Source of the DNA: the human T2T-CHM13v2.0 reference genome, Homo sapiens
Assembly: GCF_009914755.1 (NCBI RefSeq)
Contig: NC_060926.1
Length of the DNA: 64,000 nucleotides
Strand: one strand, 5' to 3'
Shown: piece by piece, positions 41,915 to 54,249 of the stretch
Layout of the letters: the number at the start of each line of letters is the position of its first letter
Position numbering within the stretch: position 1 is the first letter of the stretch
Made by a program: the position numbers and the translations under genes
The notes under the pieces: model-generated
The model's database searches: none
Seen by the model: the letters and a program-made list of their open reading frames with translations, nothing else
Told to the model about the DNA's origin: nothing

Positions 41915-42072
41915 CAATCCCCAGTATGGCAGCTTCTGGCCCCGTGTGACTATCGCACACTTGAAATGTGGCTAGTGCAACTTAGGAACTAATTTTGTCA
42001 TTTTATGTACTTTTGTTTCTTTAAATTTAAATAGGGATACATGGCTAGTAGCTTCTGAATTGGACAGCACCC
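41915..42072. mobile_element. MER3/MER33-like hAT-Charlie relic
   Basis: cacttgaaatgtggctagtgcaact...atggctagtagct...ttggacagcac. Confidence 0.6.
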
Positions 42073-42114
42073 TTTTAGATCTTCCTGACTGTAAGGTTCT
42101 CTCACACCAGTCTT

Positions 42115-42320
42115 GAGGAAGCAGAAGAGCATGAGTTTAAACACCTTGGGCACTGAGATTGTACTAGGTTCAAATCCTAGCTCTGCCACTGAGTGATTCA
42201 TGTAAGTTCCTTGAGCCTCAGTTTTCTCATCTGTACAAAAGGAATGGTAGTGACATCACTTGCTGCATGTGACATGTGGAGAGTAATAAATAAGTTAATA
42301 CAAGTAAGAGCTTCAAAAGG
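42115..42320 (+). mobile_element. MIR
   Basis: ggttcaaatcctagctctgccact...gagcctcagttttctcatctgta. Confidence 0.7.
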
Positions 42321-43008
42321 TATTATGATTATTCCTTCTAAAATAACAGTCCTCACACTTTATTGAAACTATGCATTTACTTCTCTGCCTTCTCTACTAG
42401 GCTACAAGCACCGCTATAACACAAGTGCCAATCACCATGCCTGGCACATTTGGACTCTCATTAAATACATTCAGGAAGAAGGGAAGGAGGGAGGGAGAGG
42501 AGAAAGGATCAGGAGAGGGAGGGAAGGAGAAGGAAGAAAGGAAGAATGAATGAAGTACGCAGTAATACCTTTCATGAAGAATAAAGTAGGCTGCTAAAAT
42601 AAAATAAATAAAATATGAGAGTTTTAAATAAAAATTTCCGTGGAGATGACTTAGAGATGAAGATGGAACCGGGTACTCCAGGGAAAACATATCTCTAAGT
42701 GACAGTAAAGGGACTGGATAACTCTGAGAGAACCAAAGAAAGATGAAGGAAGCTAAACTGAAGGGTTTTTCTAGATGCTACACTGATAAAAACATAAACT
42801 TCAATCCTTAAAAGTGTGTTCAACCAAGCTTCTTCAAGAGAATACAACTGTGGGTTGTGTAACCTTATTTGTCGACAGAATACTCTCATAGAAAGGGTCC
42901 ACCAGAAGTGAAGTTCATGTACATTGGGCTCCCCATTGCCAAGTTTTCATTTATACTACATTCACCAGTTCCCCCAAAAAAGCAGTAGTGGGCAAGTTTT
43001 CATAACTG

Positions 43009-43014
43009 TTTATT
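43009..43014 (-). terminator. Distal polyadenylation signal AATAAA
   Basis: tttatt on +; a U/G-rich tract (CUUUUUUGGGGG) lies downstream on the transcript strand. Confidence 0.65.
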
Positions 43015-43207
43015 CATTATAAATAGTAAATATTTACTGCACTTTTTACATGAAAGACATTTTTACAACACATTGTTGTTGGTTGAGGCTGCAACACAAA
43101 GATAGTACTTCTCTTGTTCCATCACCCTCTAAGACCAATGCATGAACTAAATTCGGTACTATGTCTAGTCTCACTAACTCGCTACGTCATAGTTCTTAAC
43201 TCTAAAA

Positions 43208-43214
43208 GGAATGT
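43208..43214 (-). promoter_or_regulatory. miR-1/miR-206 7-mer-m8 seed site (ACAUUCC)
   Basis: ggaatgt on + within the distal 3' UTR. Confidence 0.65.
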
Positions 43215-44139
43215 ATTTGTGCCTACCTCATTCGTGGTTCCAAGAATAGAAAGAAATAAATAACACTGCCTTCCACCTTCTTGTTCCTCTCAACATCTCA
43301 AAAAGCAAATTTATTGACATTCTAAAATGTCACCACACAAACGTATGTAAACCTCAGTTCCTATAATCTTTTAATATTGGATATCATTGTATAATTTAAA
43401 AGTACATGAGAGCCATGTGAACACTTCTGTTCTTGCCCTGCCTTTCATAGAAAAGAGAAGAATGTAAACGTAATCAGTTTAAAAGCATAATTATCTGATC
43501 TGGTCTCTAATCAAAGGAGCAACCCGGGTGTTGGTTGTCCAGCAAATGGCAAACATCACTGCACTCTATCACTATGAATTATGGGCTGTGAAAATAAAAG
43601 CACCTGCAAAAATATACTTCTGATTTTGCTTATATCGCCTTGGGCATTGCCAAAGCATCCATGAGGTACACAGTATTGCACACTGATAAGCAGATATGTG
43701 AATGCATGTCACTTTCTCTCCACCGTGCCCTTCCTCCAACCCAGGTGGGCTACCAAATAAATGTGAACTGGAAAAACGTCACACACCTCTCCCCACACAG
43801 GAAAGGGAAACAAGTCCTTCTTCCTGGTAGCCCATATCCTGTTAGCAAGACATGTCCGGGCCATTTATTGACAACTAGATTACAAATGAGGATACAGTAA
43901 CAAATAATTTATTTAGGAGGTCCTTTACAGCTAGTCTAGCTTCCTAAAAATGGTTGCATTTATCTTTATTTCAATTTCCAGTGTGTAAGAGTCAAGGATT
44001 CCTCCATTCTTGCTTCATGAAATGAGCAGTTTTAAAGTTGTAGAAGTATCAGCATCGAACATCGACATGTTATACTTTAGGGTATTCTATTATATTTTAG
44101 AACAGTCTGCTTGCCCAAACCAGTCTGGGTAAATCTCAA

Positions 44140-44175
44140 TACACACACACACACACACACGCACGCACGCACACA
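44140..44175. repeat. (CA)n/(CACG)n microsatellite in the PAX3 3' UTR
   Basis: acacacacac acacacacac gcacgcacgc acac seen directly. Confidence 0.95.
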
Positions 44176-44181
44176 AGCAAA

Positions 44182-44189
44182 TGGAATGT
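44182..44189 (-). promoter_or_regulatory. miR-1/miR-206 8-mer seed site (ACAUUCCA)
   Basis: tggaatgt on + = ACATTCCA on the mRNA; miR-1/206 targeting of Pax3 is established. Confidence 0.75.
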
Positions 44190-44279
44190 TCTAGCTCCTC
44201 GATGATCAGCACTAAAGAATTGGGATGTTTTGATATGTAACCATGTGAAACCATTGCCTTAAAATGTTGCATTTGTCTT

Positions 44280-44346
44280 TTATTGCTCCAGGTCTTCCTC
44301 TTCTCCACTGCTTTTGTCGAACGTGTTCAAAAGGATTTGAAACCAA
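44280..44346 (-). CDS. PAX3: PAX3 exon 10 coding part (PAX3e end: WFQILLNTFDKSSGEEEDLEQ*)
   Basis: ttttcttcctccaatag|T TGG TTT CAA ATC CTT TTG AAC ACG TTC GAC AAA AGC AGT GGA GAA GAG GAA GAC CTG GAG CAA TAA; in frame with exon 9 across a 171-nt intron (44347-44517). Confidence 0.9.
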
Positions 44347-44513
44347 CTATTGGAGGAAGAAAATCAATCACTCTCCTTTGTCTCCTATTGGGACCACTGC
44401 CCCACCCCCCCCAACAAAAGGGTAATTTTTTTTTGTTTTCAGAGCAGATTCTTCATATCTAGGCTGCGAAGACCAGAAACAGGGCCAGTTTTAGCTCCAA
44501 GTGGACAGTTCAC

Positions 44514-44548
44514 TTACGCGATATCTGGCTTGAGATAATGAAAGGCAC
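44514..44548 (-). CDS. PAX3: PAX3 exon 9 coding part (PAX3d end SAFHYLKPDIA*; internal donor after 44518 used by PAX3e/h)
   Basis: gtttccttacag|GT GCC TTT CAT TAT CTC AAG CCA GAT ATC GCG TAA; GC|gtaagt donor overlaps the stop codon. Confidence 0.93.
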
Positions 44549-45029
44549 CTGTAAGGAAACACACGCAGCTTTTTAGGTCATGCTGGGACAATTCACAGTC
44601 AGGGGCAAGATCAGCTACAGGCTGACAATGTCATATTTAATACCGTGCTATCAAAGGCTTGAGACTAATATTTTTATTCCTGAGACAAGTTTGACACAAC
44701 TTTGTGTCCCTGGGATTATCCCCCATATGATCCTGGAGCTGACCTCATTAAGAACATGTGTTTCTAATGTCAGGGATTATTTCATTTTGGCCAACCCTTG
44801 TGTTTTACCTAGTGGCAATCAGGTTTCACGTCTCAACAATTAATAACCGCAAGATGTTGTTGACATCAGTTAAGAAAATAATTACACAAGGAAGCCCCTG
44901 CTGGAACAGTCAGCTGGCTTTGCAAAAAAAAAAAAAAATTGATACCGGCATGTGTGGCTTAATCTTGCCTCTAATTCACCTTTCTTAAGGAAGAGTTGAG
45001 TTTATCTCCCTTCCAGGAGAAATTGCCCC

Positions 45030-45296
<267 letters not shown>

Positions 45297-46113
45297 CTAA
45301 AAAAACAGCCAGATTGGGAAGAGGTTAAAATGCAGAGAGATCCAGATTGCAGCCTACAGCTGAAAGAATAACTTGACAGTCCAGTTTTTATTTCTTTGGA
45401 AATTGGTTAAAGAGCTGTCCAGGAGACTATGAACCCAATTCTAAGTGGCAGAGATATTACATCATGCCCGACGATAACATCTGACTGCAGTTGCAGAAGA
45501 AGGAAAGGGGGAGGGAGAAGAGGGGAGAAGAGGGGGAAGAGGAAAAGAAGGAAGGAGAAGAGGAAAGAGAGAGATTACACCACGTCCCTAGTGATAAAAT
45601 CAGACTGGAATTTCAAAGAAGGGGGAAAAAAGGATGAAAAGAGGGAGAAATTGTATCTGTTCATACAGAAAAATGTCTATTCATACATTATATCTGGAAG
45701 TTTCACATGTGATTTTTAAACAGTCATTTGCTTATATTTTTAAAAGATAAATGAATCCAAATCAAGTTATTTTTCATGTACTTTGAGATCTCTGTGCCTT
45801 TTTTTTTTTAAATAGTGTTCCCTCTCAAGAAAGCCCCTTTCCTTATCTTGGCCATTCTTTGATAATTAGAAATATTTACTCCTTTCCTGATGGTCTCTGG
45901 TACTTTATTTACCCCTCCCACTGTATATTCATTAGTTCAGTCACCTGCTTTGACTGGTGAGAGCTTTGAGAGGAGCAATCTATTCATCTTTATATCCCAG
46001 CACCTAAAGCAGTGAATGCTTGACACATATTAAGTGCCGAATGAATGAAATGTAAATGATTCTCCAAGTAAAAGCCTCCATTACCTATTATTTTATTTCT
46101 TCTCTAAACAACC

Positions 46114-46118
<5 letters not shown>

Positions 46119-46158
<40 letters not shown>
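46119..46158. repeat. (AT)20 perfect microsatellite
   Basis: Directly visible. Confidence 0.97.
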
Positions 46159-46161
<3 letters not shown>

Positions 46162-49100
46162 GTGTTAAAAGGAAAGACAAGCCTGAAATGCAAACATGGT
46201 CTTAAAAAGTTCAGTTTGTAAATAACCTGGACAGTAAGACAACTTGGAAAAAAAAAAATATCCTGTGACAGAATAACTTTCAGATCAACATGGTGAAGTG
46301 CTTCACCAACTCAAGATCCCTGACCCTTACAGCACCTTGTGGTGAAAGTAAGTGGATAATTAATTTTGCAGCTGGAAAACTGCCACACGAGAGAGGAAGC
46401 GATTTTTCTAAACTATGTACCCTTCTGTGGCAGGGTTCAAAAGCAATTGCAAAAGAAATCTAACGCCAGGTCAAGAGCCCCCCCGAAGACACATCTACTT
46501 ACAAAGTATTTAAATGCAGTATCCAACAATTCCACAACATTTCCATAACAGTCCTGTCTTATTTTAGGAAGTGTGAAGCCTACAGAGATTAAAGTGTGCA
46601 AATAAGAGAAAGAGGAGAGGGCAGAAATGACAACCAAGCCCTGACTATAAGCCCTCATGCTAACTGCAAAATAACTCTCATAATTCAGGCAATAGAACCT
46701 CGGATCTAGGAGTTCCAGTAAGGCAGGAATCTGAGAGGCAGGTGAGGCGGGGGGCGGGTCTAGTTTTGCTTCCCAGAAAGCATCTCAACTCAGATTCCAA
46801 AAACAAGGATCCCATAATTCCCTTTGGGAAGGGTTTGCATAATCCTTATGATTAAGTAAAATCTTCTTGAACTAAAGCTCTGAGCTGATCCATCTTCAGC
46901 TGACCCCAAAAGACAGAGAAAAAGAGATCCACCTTCTGTGGATTATCAATTATCCACTCTTCCTCCATTTTAACAGAAAATTTGAACGGATGTCCCTGCC
47001 TTCCCCAGAAATCCTGTTTTTCATTTTGTTGTCTCTCTTTCATTTGAGTTATTGTCTATGCACACACATGGGAAGGTGGGCTGGTGTGGGCAAAGCAACA
47101 CAGCAAAGCCCACATTTTGAAAGACATCCCAGGAATCTAAGATTTTTTGAGATATGTGGTAAAACATCCTTTTTTACAATTTTTAAAAATTAGTTATATT
47201 TTTTAAAAAAACACACAAAACATCATTTGTGGCAGAGCCCAATTTTGTTTTATTGGGGATTTGGAGAAAGTGAAAGTCACAAAATAAAGTAAGCATCAAT
47301 AGGATTGACAATTCCAGGAAGATGGAAAATCACTAGAATGTGGGTTCTTTTAGGGCCCTACCCAGCATTGTTTATAGCAATTTCTTCATTTCACTACTTA
47401 AAAGAACTTGAACATAACTAAGAATGCATTTAAATTAGTTCCTGGATATGTTTTCCATCTACATGGGTTCTTTTTGCCTTTATTTGAGCTTATATAGATG
47501 ATTTCTATATAAGTGTATACTTGGAAAATTCATGAACTTCAATTGATACACTAGTTTATTATTTATGAAATTTCAGCCCAAATTAGACATTTCTTTTAGA
47601 AGAAAAGAGTCTTTAAGTTAGAGGTTGTTTGGTGCCAAACACACTCCTTTCAAATCAGGAGTACATTTTCGTGTGTGATCCTGATGGGTGAGATTGGACA
47701 TGAACATAAAAACACTTTAAAATGTGATTTTTTTAATAAAAGGGAATAATCGCACAGGGCAAATATTTTACCATGAATAAGTTGTGTTAAGCAAAATTCG
47801 AAATCTTAGAAAAAGCAATTTTGTAACTATATCAGTCCAGAGAGGAAAGATATCCAGTGGCACTAAATAAAAGGAAAATAAACTCTAAATTAATATTGTC
47901 CTTCATGAAGATACTTACTTGAAATTCAGTCAATGGTATGTCACTTTAAGGGAGAAATGGAATGCTGTATGTACAGTTATACTTGATGAGCTCAGAGCAG
48001 AATTTTACTCAAAACATGCACACTTTCCCATGAGCTATATGTACATTTTTGTGATAAACTTTTTAAAAAAATCCCCTGCCATACATTTTTTGTTTGCATA
48101 ACTTTGAAGGCAGCAATAACTAATTATAGGGGATGGGGGAACTCAAGAAGGACCTAGAAGAGAAGAAACATGTCCTTCCTATAAGCAAAAATCAGCTTAT
48201 GATGTTGTTCATGAAGCAACTTTTGGCAGTCGCTGCGTTAGAAAATTCATCAGGAAAGGATTTAACTCTTAAGACCTTGAAGTATATCTATTGAAGGGTG
48301 GAGAAGATACCCTGTTTGCAGAGCCGTATTAGGGCAATAGAAAGATAGTTCCTCAAAGGTTCCAGGGCTGAGTAGCTTTAAGACTTCCCAAAACATGACC
48401 AAATAGGAAGGACACCTGCAGGGTCTTCCTGTGTGTCACTATTGTCACACACAGAAAGCTAGTGAGGGCATCTCCTTTAGCCACAGCACTCAGCACAGCA
48501 GCCCAATACTTGCAGGGGCTGATGTGAGAGCATAGAGGGGACCAGAGACCAGTTATCTTTTGTTCCTCTGACTTCCCTGATAGAGCCCCCAAGACAGACA
48601 TTCACAAGTTCTTATTTCCACTGTGATGGTCACATATTATAATCGTAATCTCAAGAATCTTAAAAGGATGGGGAATACAGCACTAACATTTTCCTACATT
48701 TGGCCTGAAACTGCGATTAATAAATAATTATAATGTGATTTATTTCAATATTTCACACTGAGAAAACTTGAGAAATATACACCATTTTAAAAACCTACTG
48801 TTTTACAGTTTTTAAAAATGTGTGTTGGTGGGGGGAGTGAGGACATCAATAGAAAATGCATTACTCTCCCCTCACATAATTTAAAACCTCAAATCTCTGT
48901 AGAAGGGTTCCATTACACTTTCATGTATGTTTCTTTAAAAGCTATTTTGCGTTTCATGTGGTTCAAGGGAAGCTATGGAAATTTCTTTCTGTGCACAAAG
49001 AAGTTGGTAAATGAACTTCTTTGAACTTATCCAATATGGTTATGGAATGTCTTCCAGTCACATTTTCTTTTTAAGAATAATGTCAGAATTTCTTTTATGC

Positions 49101-50039
49101 ACGCTTTTCCTACAAATTCCTTCAAATTTGTAATTCAAAGCCTAAAATCAAATCTTCATTTGTTGTAAAGTGGATTTTTTTGCCCTCCCCTTACACCATT
49201 AGTAAGATATTTCTACTACAGGGCTGGCATTTTGTACCAATTTTTTTTTTTTAATTTGGGGTATGAGAGAAGCTTGATTGCCTAGTTTTGACAAACAATT
49301 TCAAAGAAAAAGAAACAAATTCAAGGCTACCCAGTTCTGTCTCCTGAACACTGATCACACTCATTAAATGCCAGGTAAATCCAGGAGATGCAATGACCAG
49401 AAAGAGTTTTTCTTTAATAAAGATCTCTGCTCTGTCTCATTAGAAAAGGAAGCAAGGAGAACTCTTTCTTTTTACTTTTAGTTGTGAACCATCTAAAAAA
49501 AAAAAATCTGTTGAGCAGATTTCTAAATTGTTACCTCCGAAATGTGTTCCACATACTGTTTCTAAATTGTTCTTTGAACAGCCTTTAAAAACAAATTCAA
49601 AGCTTCCGAATTTATGTCCACGTTTCTCCTAGCAGCTCCTCCATCTTTTGCATTATTAGAGAGACATTTTCTGAAGATCTCTTTAAACTCATTCTCAAGT
49701 TTCAGAATTCCAAATAGGTTGTTTATATCTTGATTGGAAGATTATATGGTTCAGGAAAAACTAAGTCTTACAATTGCTCCATGCCATATTTCTCTTGAAT
49801 TAATTTTCCTATTGCAAGATTAAATAAAAAAGATAAAAACTATGGGCCAAATTAAGATTTACCTTTAAAATGATATGTCTGGAAAATATTTGTCTTGGCA
49901 CAAGCATTATGGTTTTCCCATCAGTTGAAAGTGCCTGAAGCTTATCAGAAATCTAAAATGATTCAGTAAATTATGGTGCACATCCAGGCGCTTCTTTTTT
50001 CTTTAGTAGGAATTCTTGGTTCACGTCTTTATTTTCTTT

Positions 50040-51062
50040 CTTGTTCTTAAGTAGTCAGGTGTTCTGATTTAACATTTAACATACACATTTAGTTTGTTCT
50101 TTTTAAAAAAGAAATGTGAATTACAGCTTTGTATGACATAAAGAGTTTTTTTATTCTTCCATCCTTTCCTCCAAAAATCTACTGACTATATTTTTTTATT
50201 TAGATATAATATATTTTCGGAACCAATCAAAAATGTTCAAATGTTTATCCAAATGTTTTTTGCCAATGTGGGTGTTACTGGAGTCATCTAATGGTTAAAT
50301 TTCAGTAACTGTATCTTTGAGGTTAAAAACCTAAATTTAAGGAGCAGAGACTTTCCTGAAAATGTCCTCAGATTCAAATGCCTTAGGAATTATCCTGCAG
50401 TTGATTAGCATCTAAATAATTAGATTTTGGGTCCTGTCTGTTTGAAAGCTGTAAGAGGGAAGTTGCCTGAAGGCAGAAGTTTCTCTTAAGGTATGTGTGG
50501 TGACCTTCTCACCCATCCTGAGAGTTAGGGAAAGGCCAAGACTGACCTTTACCTAACCAGATAGAAAACCTGTGCATGTTTTATTTTAATCCTTAGCCTA
50601 CATTTTACAAGTAGCTGTGCTTAATGCATGATGAAAAAGTATGAGTGCCAGACAAGTGTGCTTCATATGCAGCATACATTTCCATGTTTTCATTGTAAAG
50701 AGTACAGTAAGTATTGTCTCAGTTAAACTCTAAGGGATTATGTATGTTTCATCTCCAGCCCTGTGACCAATCACAGAGATAGCTTATTTTTATCAATTAT
50801 TTTGAATACCTATTGCTCAATAGAGCTAAGTGTTAAGTTTCATAGCAATATTCTTTACGGACTGATGACTAAAATATAAATCTAGACAGAGAATTAGCGC
50901 AGAAATGAGTTGCATAACCATAGATACTTGTTCTTAACTAGGCAGATGTTCTTCTAATTTAACATTTAATATGCACATTTAGTTGTTTTTTTAAAAAACC
51001 ATTGTGAATTATGATTTTGTATGATATAAAGGGTTTTTCAGGCTTCTAGCCTTCCCTCTAAA
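50040..51062 (+). repeat. Diverged ~135-bp direct repeat pair (50040-50175 and 50927-51062)
   Basis: Shared blocks cttgttcttaa, atttaacatttaa, cacatt(t)ttagtt, tgtgaatta, tttgtatga(c/t)ataaag. Confidence 0.85.
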
Positions 51063-51063
51063 G

Positions 51064-51121
51064 TGTGTATATATGTATATGTATATATATACATATATGT
51101 GTGTGTATATATATATATATA
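51064..51121. repeat. (TA/TG)n microsatellite
   Basis: Directly visible. Confidence 0.93.
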
Positions 51122-52676
51122 ACTTCTAGTTTACTTCTAGCCAGTGATGAATGACCATATCACGTCCATCTATTATCAGTAAAGCCCATTAAGAAAAAGT
51201 TCATTCCACCTAAATGAAAAAGCATGCCAGTTAATACCACTGGTATTTGACTATGTTAGACCCACCATGGGCATAATAAAATTCTCATATGTTTTAATTC
51301 ATTTACGCATGCCTGCATTTAATATGCTTTGTGACCATGTCTACAATTAATATGATTTATGGGAAAAGAACATGTGCAATATTGGGGGACTATAGCAAAT
51401 ATTTTTTTTTCTATGAATGAAAAATATAACAAAACAGCTCAGGAAAATTGTTGGCCCTTAGCATATTAAGAGGGACTGACAGAGTCCTGAGTAAACTTGG
51501 GGGAGTTAATGATATCCTCTTATCTGACCCTGACACATTTGCAGCATGTAATTTACAGAAGCTCTGTCCAGGGAATCTTGACAAATGCTCCTGAGGATGT
51601 CAGGGCAATGTTCCATTCTAATGTAAAACAGATGTGGGTCAGATACCCTCATTCATCACTTAACACACAGAGCCTCAAACTCTTTCTGGGAGGAATGACA
51701 TTACCTGCTGTTAACTCTTCTCATTTCAGGAAATTTCTCACAACCACTGTAGCCCTCTAAAGCGCGTGTGCTCAAACCTATCACTGTTTCAAAATCCAGT
51801 CTGAGAACATGACTGTGGAAAATCAAACGTGTATCTTGGTTTCATTTCATGACTACTCTAGGATACTTTTGCTAAATATTACTTGACCCTTTGAGACTTG
51901 GGATTCTAAATATAGAAAGAGAAAAGCTCTATGTTTGGGCATCTCACAATACTTCAGTGATATGGCATTCAAAATTTTCTCTCTAATTGCCTGTAAACCG
52001 AACTTCCATGTAAGGAAATGCAAGGCTGATTCACCCTAATAACCATTCATAAATGCAAATCTTAGTGACCTTTAACTTCACAGTCCCATTTGAGACTCAC
52101 AAATCACTTATAATAAACTAGAAATACTGCCTTTTAGTGAAAAGAGCTTCAACTCTGCCTCTCCCAAGCAGAGGAATGTTGGTCTATATATACTATATTC
52201 CCATTTCCCTAAAAGTTTTCCCTCTACCTACCACTCTAACAACATGTAGGGAAGACATTCTGATCTGCTAAAGGAAGAAAATGGTTGTCCAGCTCAACAA
52301 GGAAATTTCTTCTTTCTTTCACACTATGTATGATGTAAGCAAATATTTCTGTGGCTGCCTAAAGTCAATAGCATAAGATTGCATCTATGAAATGTCTGAA
52401 GACTACAGAAAAGACGCTTCCTTGCCCTTTTCTTGTGAAGGAAGGTACATCCTTAAGATAAAGAAAAGAACCAACTGAAAAGACCTGGTGATACTGATTT
52501 ACCTGTGATACTGATGAGTAAATGTCAGGAAAGGTATTTCTGGTAATCATGGGGAAATGGAGAACAGGCTTGCAAAAGTCTAAGAATGAACATACTCTTT
52601 AGAAAACACTTGCTGGTCTGTTTCATAGGCTCTGTGGTAAGGCAGAATAAGCATTCATTTAAAATTCATGGAATTT

Positions 52677-52794
52677 GGCCAGATGCGGTGGCTCATGCCT
52701 GTAATCTCAGCACTTTGGGAGGCTGAGGCCAGAGAATGGCTTGAGCCCAGGAGTTCAAGACTAACCTAGTCAATACAGCAAAACTCTGTCTCTA

Positions 52795-52830
<36 letters not shown>

Positions 52831-52996
52831 AGCTGGGCATGGTGGCATGCACCTTTAGTCCCAGCTACTGGGGGGCTAAGGTAAGAGAATCACCTGAGCC
52901 CAGGAAGTCAAGGCTGCAATGAGCCATGATTGCACCGCTGTACTCCAGCCTGGGTGGCAGAGTGACTCTCTGTCTCAAAAAAAATTAAATTTAATC
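52677..52996 (+). mobile_element. AluJ-like element with expanded A33 middle linker
   Basis: ggccagatgcggtggctc...gcttgagcccaggagttcaag; A-run 52796-52828; TSD aaatt(c/a)atggaattt. Confidence 0.92.
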
Positions 52997-53960
52997 AAAT
53001 TAATGGAATTTCTACCAGCTCTACAAATGTGAGACAACATCTGAGAACACAGTCTCCCAAAAGCTAGAAACTACTACACCATTAAGCTAAAATCGTATTT
53101 ACCTTAATTCTCTCCCATACCTAACTCCAGGGACACTGAACCAATAAAGATGCCGTGTTCTCTTTTCCACCTGATGACTTGTGCTTATGGTCATAATTTG
53201 GGCAGTGGTTATGTCTCCTACTGCACAGGCAACTTGATGTAGGCTGGCAACATGCAGAACCTACTTTGATCTTCAGAAACTAATTCTGTTCCTGCAGATC
53301 CTAGCAAAATAAAATCTTTGTAATCTAGTGATTTTGAAAAATGCTCCTCAATTGATAAACTCAAAATCACTTAGATTGTCCCTTATGTTCCAAAACTTTT
53401 TGATGGTACATGATGTTTTAGCTACCCTTATCCTTGGTTGGTGAGAGAGAAGCATCACTGCATATCAGATTCCCCTGTCTTTGAGGCGAGTATCTTGCTT
53501 CTAATTTACCCAGTATCTATTGTTATAGAAGATGGACTGTATATTTTCAAAAATACATTCATTCATGTCAATATTATATTTCAATAAGTCAAAACTAGAA
53601 TACAAAAAGAAAAACAACAGGATGACCCTCTCCCTTCCCTGCTCCTAGCCCCATGGAATAAAGGGTTGACTTTAGTTTTCATTATAGTGGGTTCTCATGG
53701 TATTGTAACCTGAATTTCTCAAATAAATTGATCTTAGTACATTATATTTCTGGAGACTATCTTATCCAGCCACCTTAGAGTTACTGCATTCTAAATGGAC
53801 ATCAATATGAATCCTTAGATCTTTGAAATGTCTAAGTAGAATACTTGAAAATACTCCAATTTACCAACATACCGCCTTTCCTTTGATGTCACTCAGTTTC
53901 CGTGTTTGCTTTATTTTTCATGGACAAGCAAAAGTATATTTTTGTCAGAGATTCACATAA

Positions 53961-54249
<289 letters not shown>

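Larger units (their letters stand above)
42990..44279 (-). other. PAX3: PAX3 3' UTR (long form; 3' end approximate)
   Basis: Unique sequence lacking interspersed repeats after the last stop, with several AATAAA on the minus strand; repeat-rich sequence resumes below ~42500. Confidence 0.7.

Noticed and set aside
45429-45719. 96-aa Arg/Lys-rich ORF resembling a nuclear localisation signal
   Set aside because: It is a translation of the polypurine tract.
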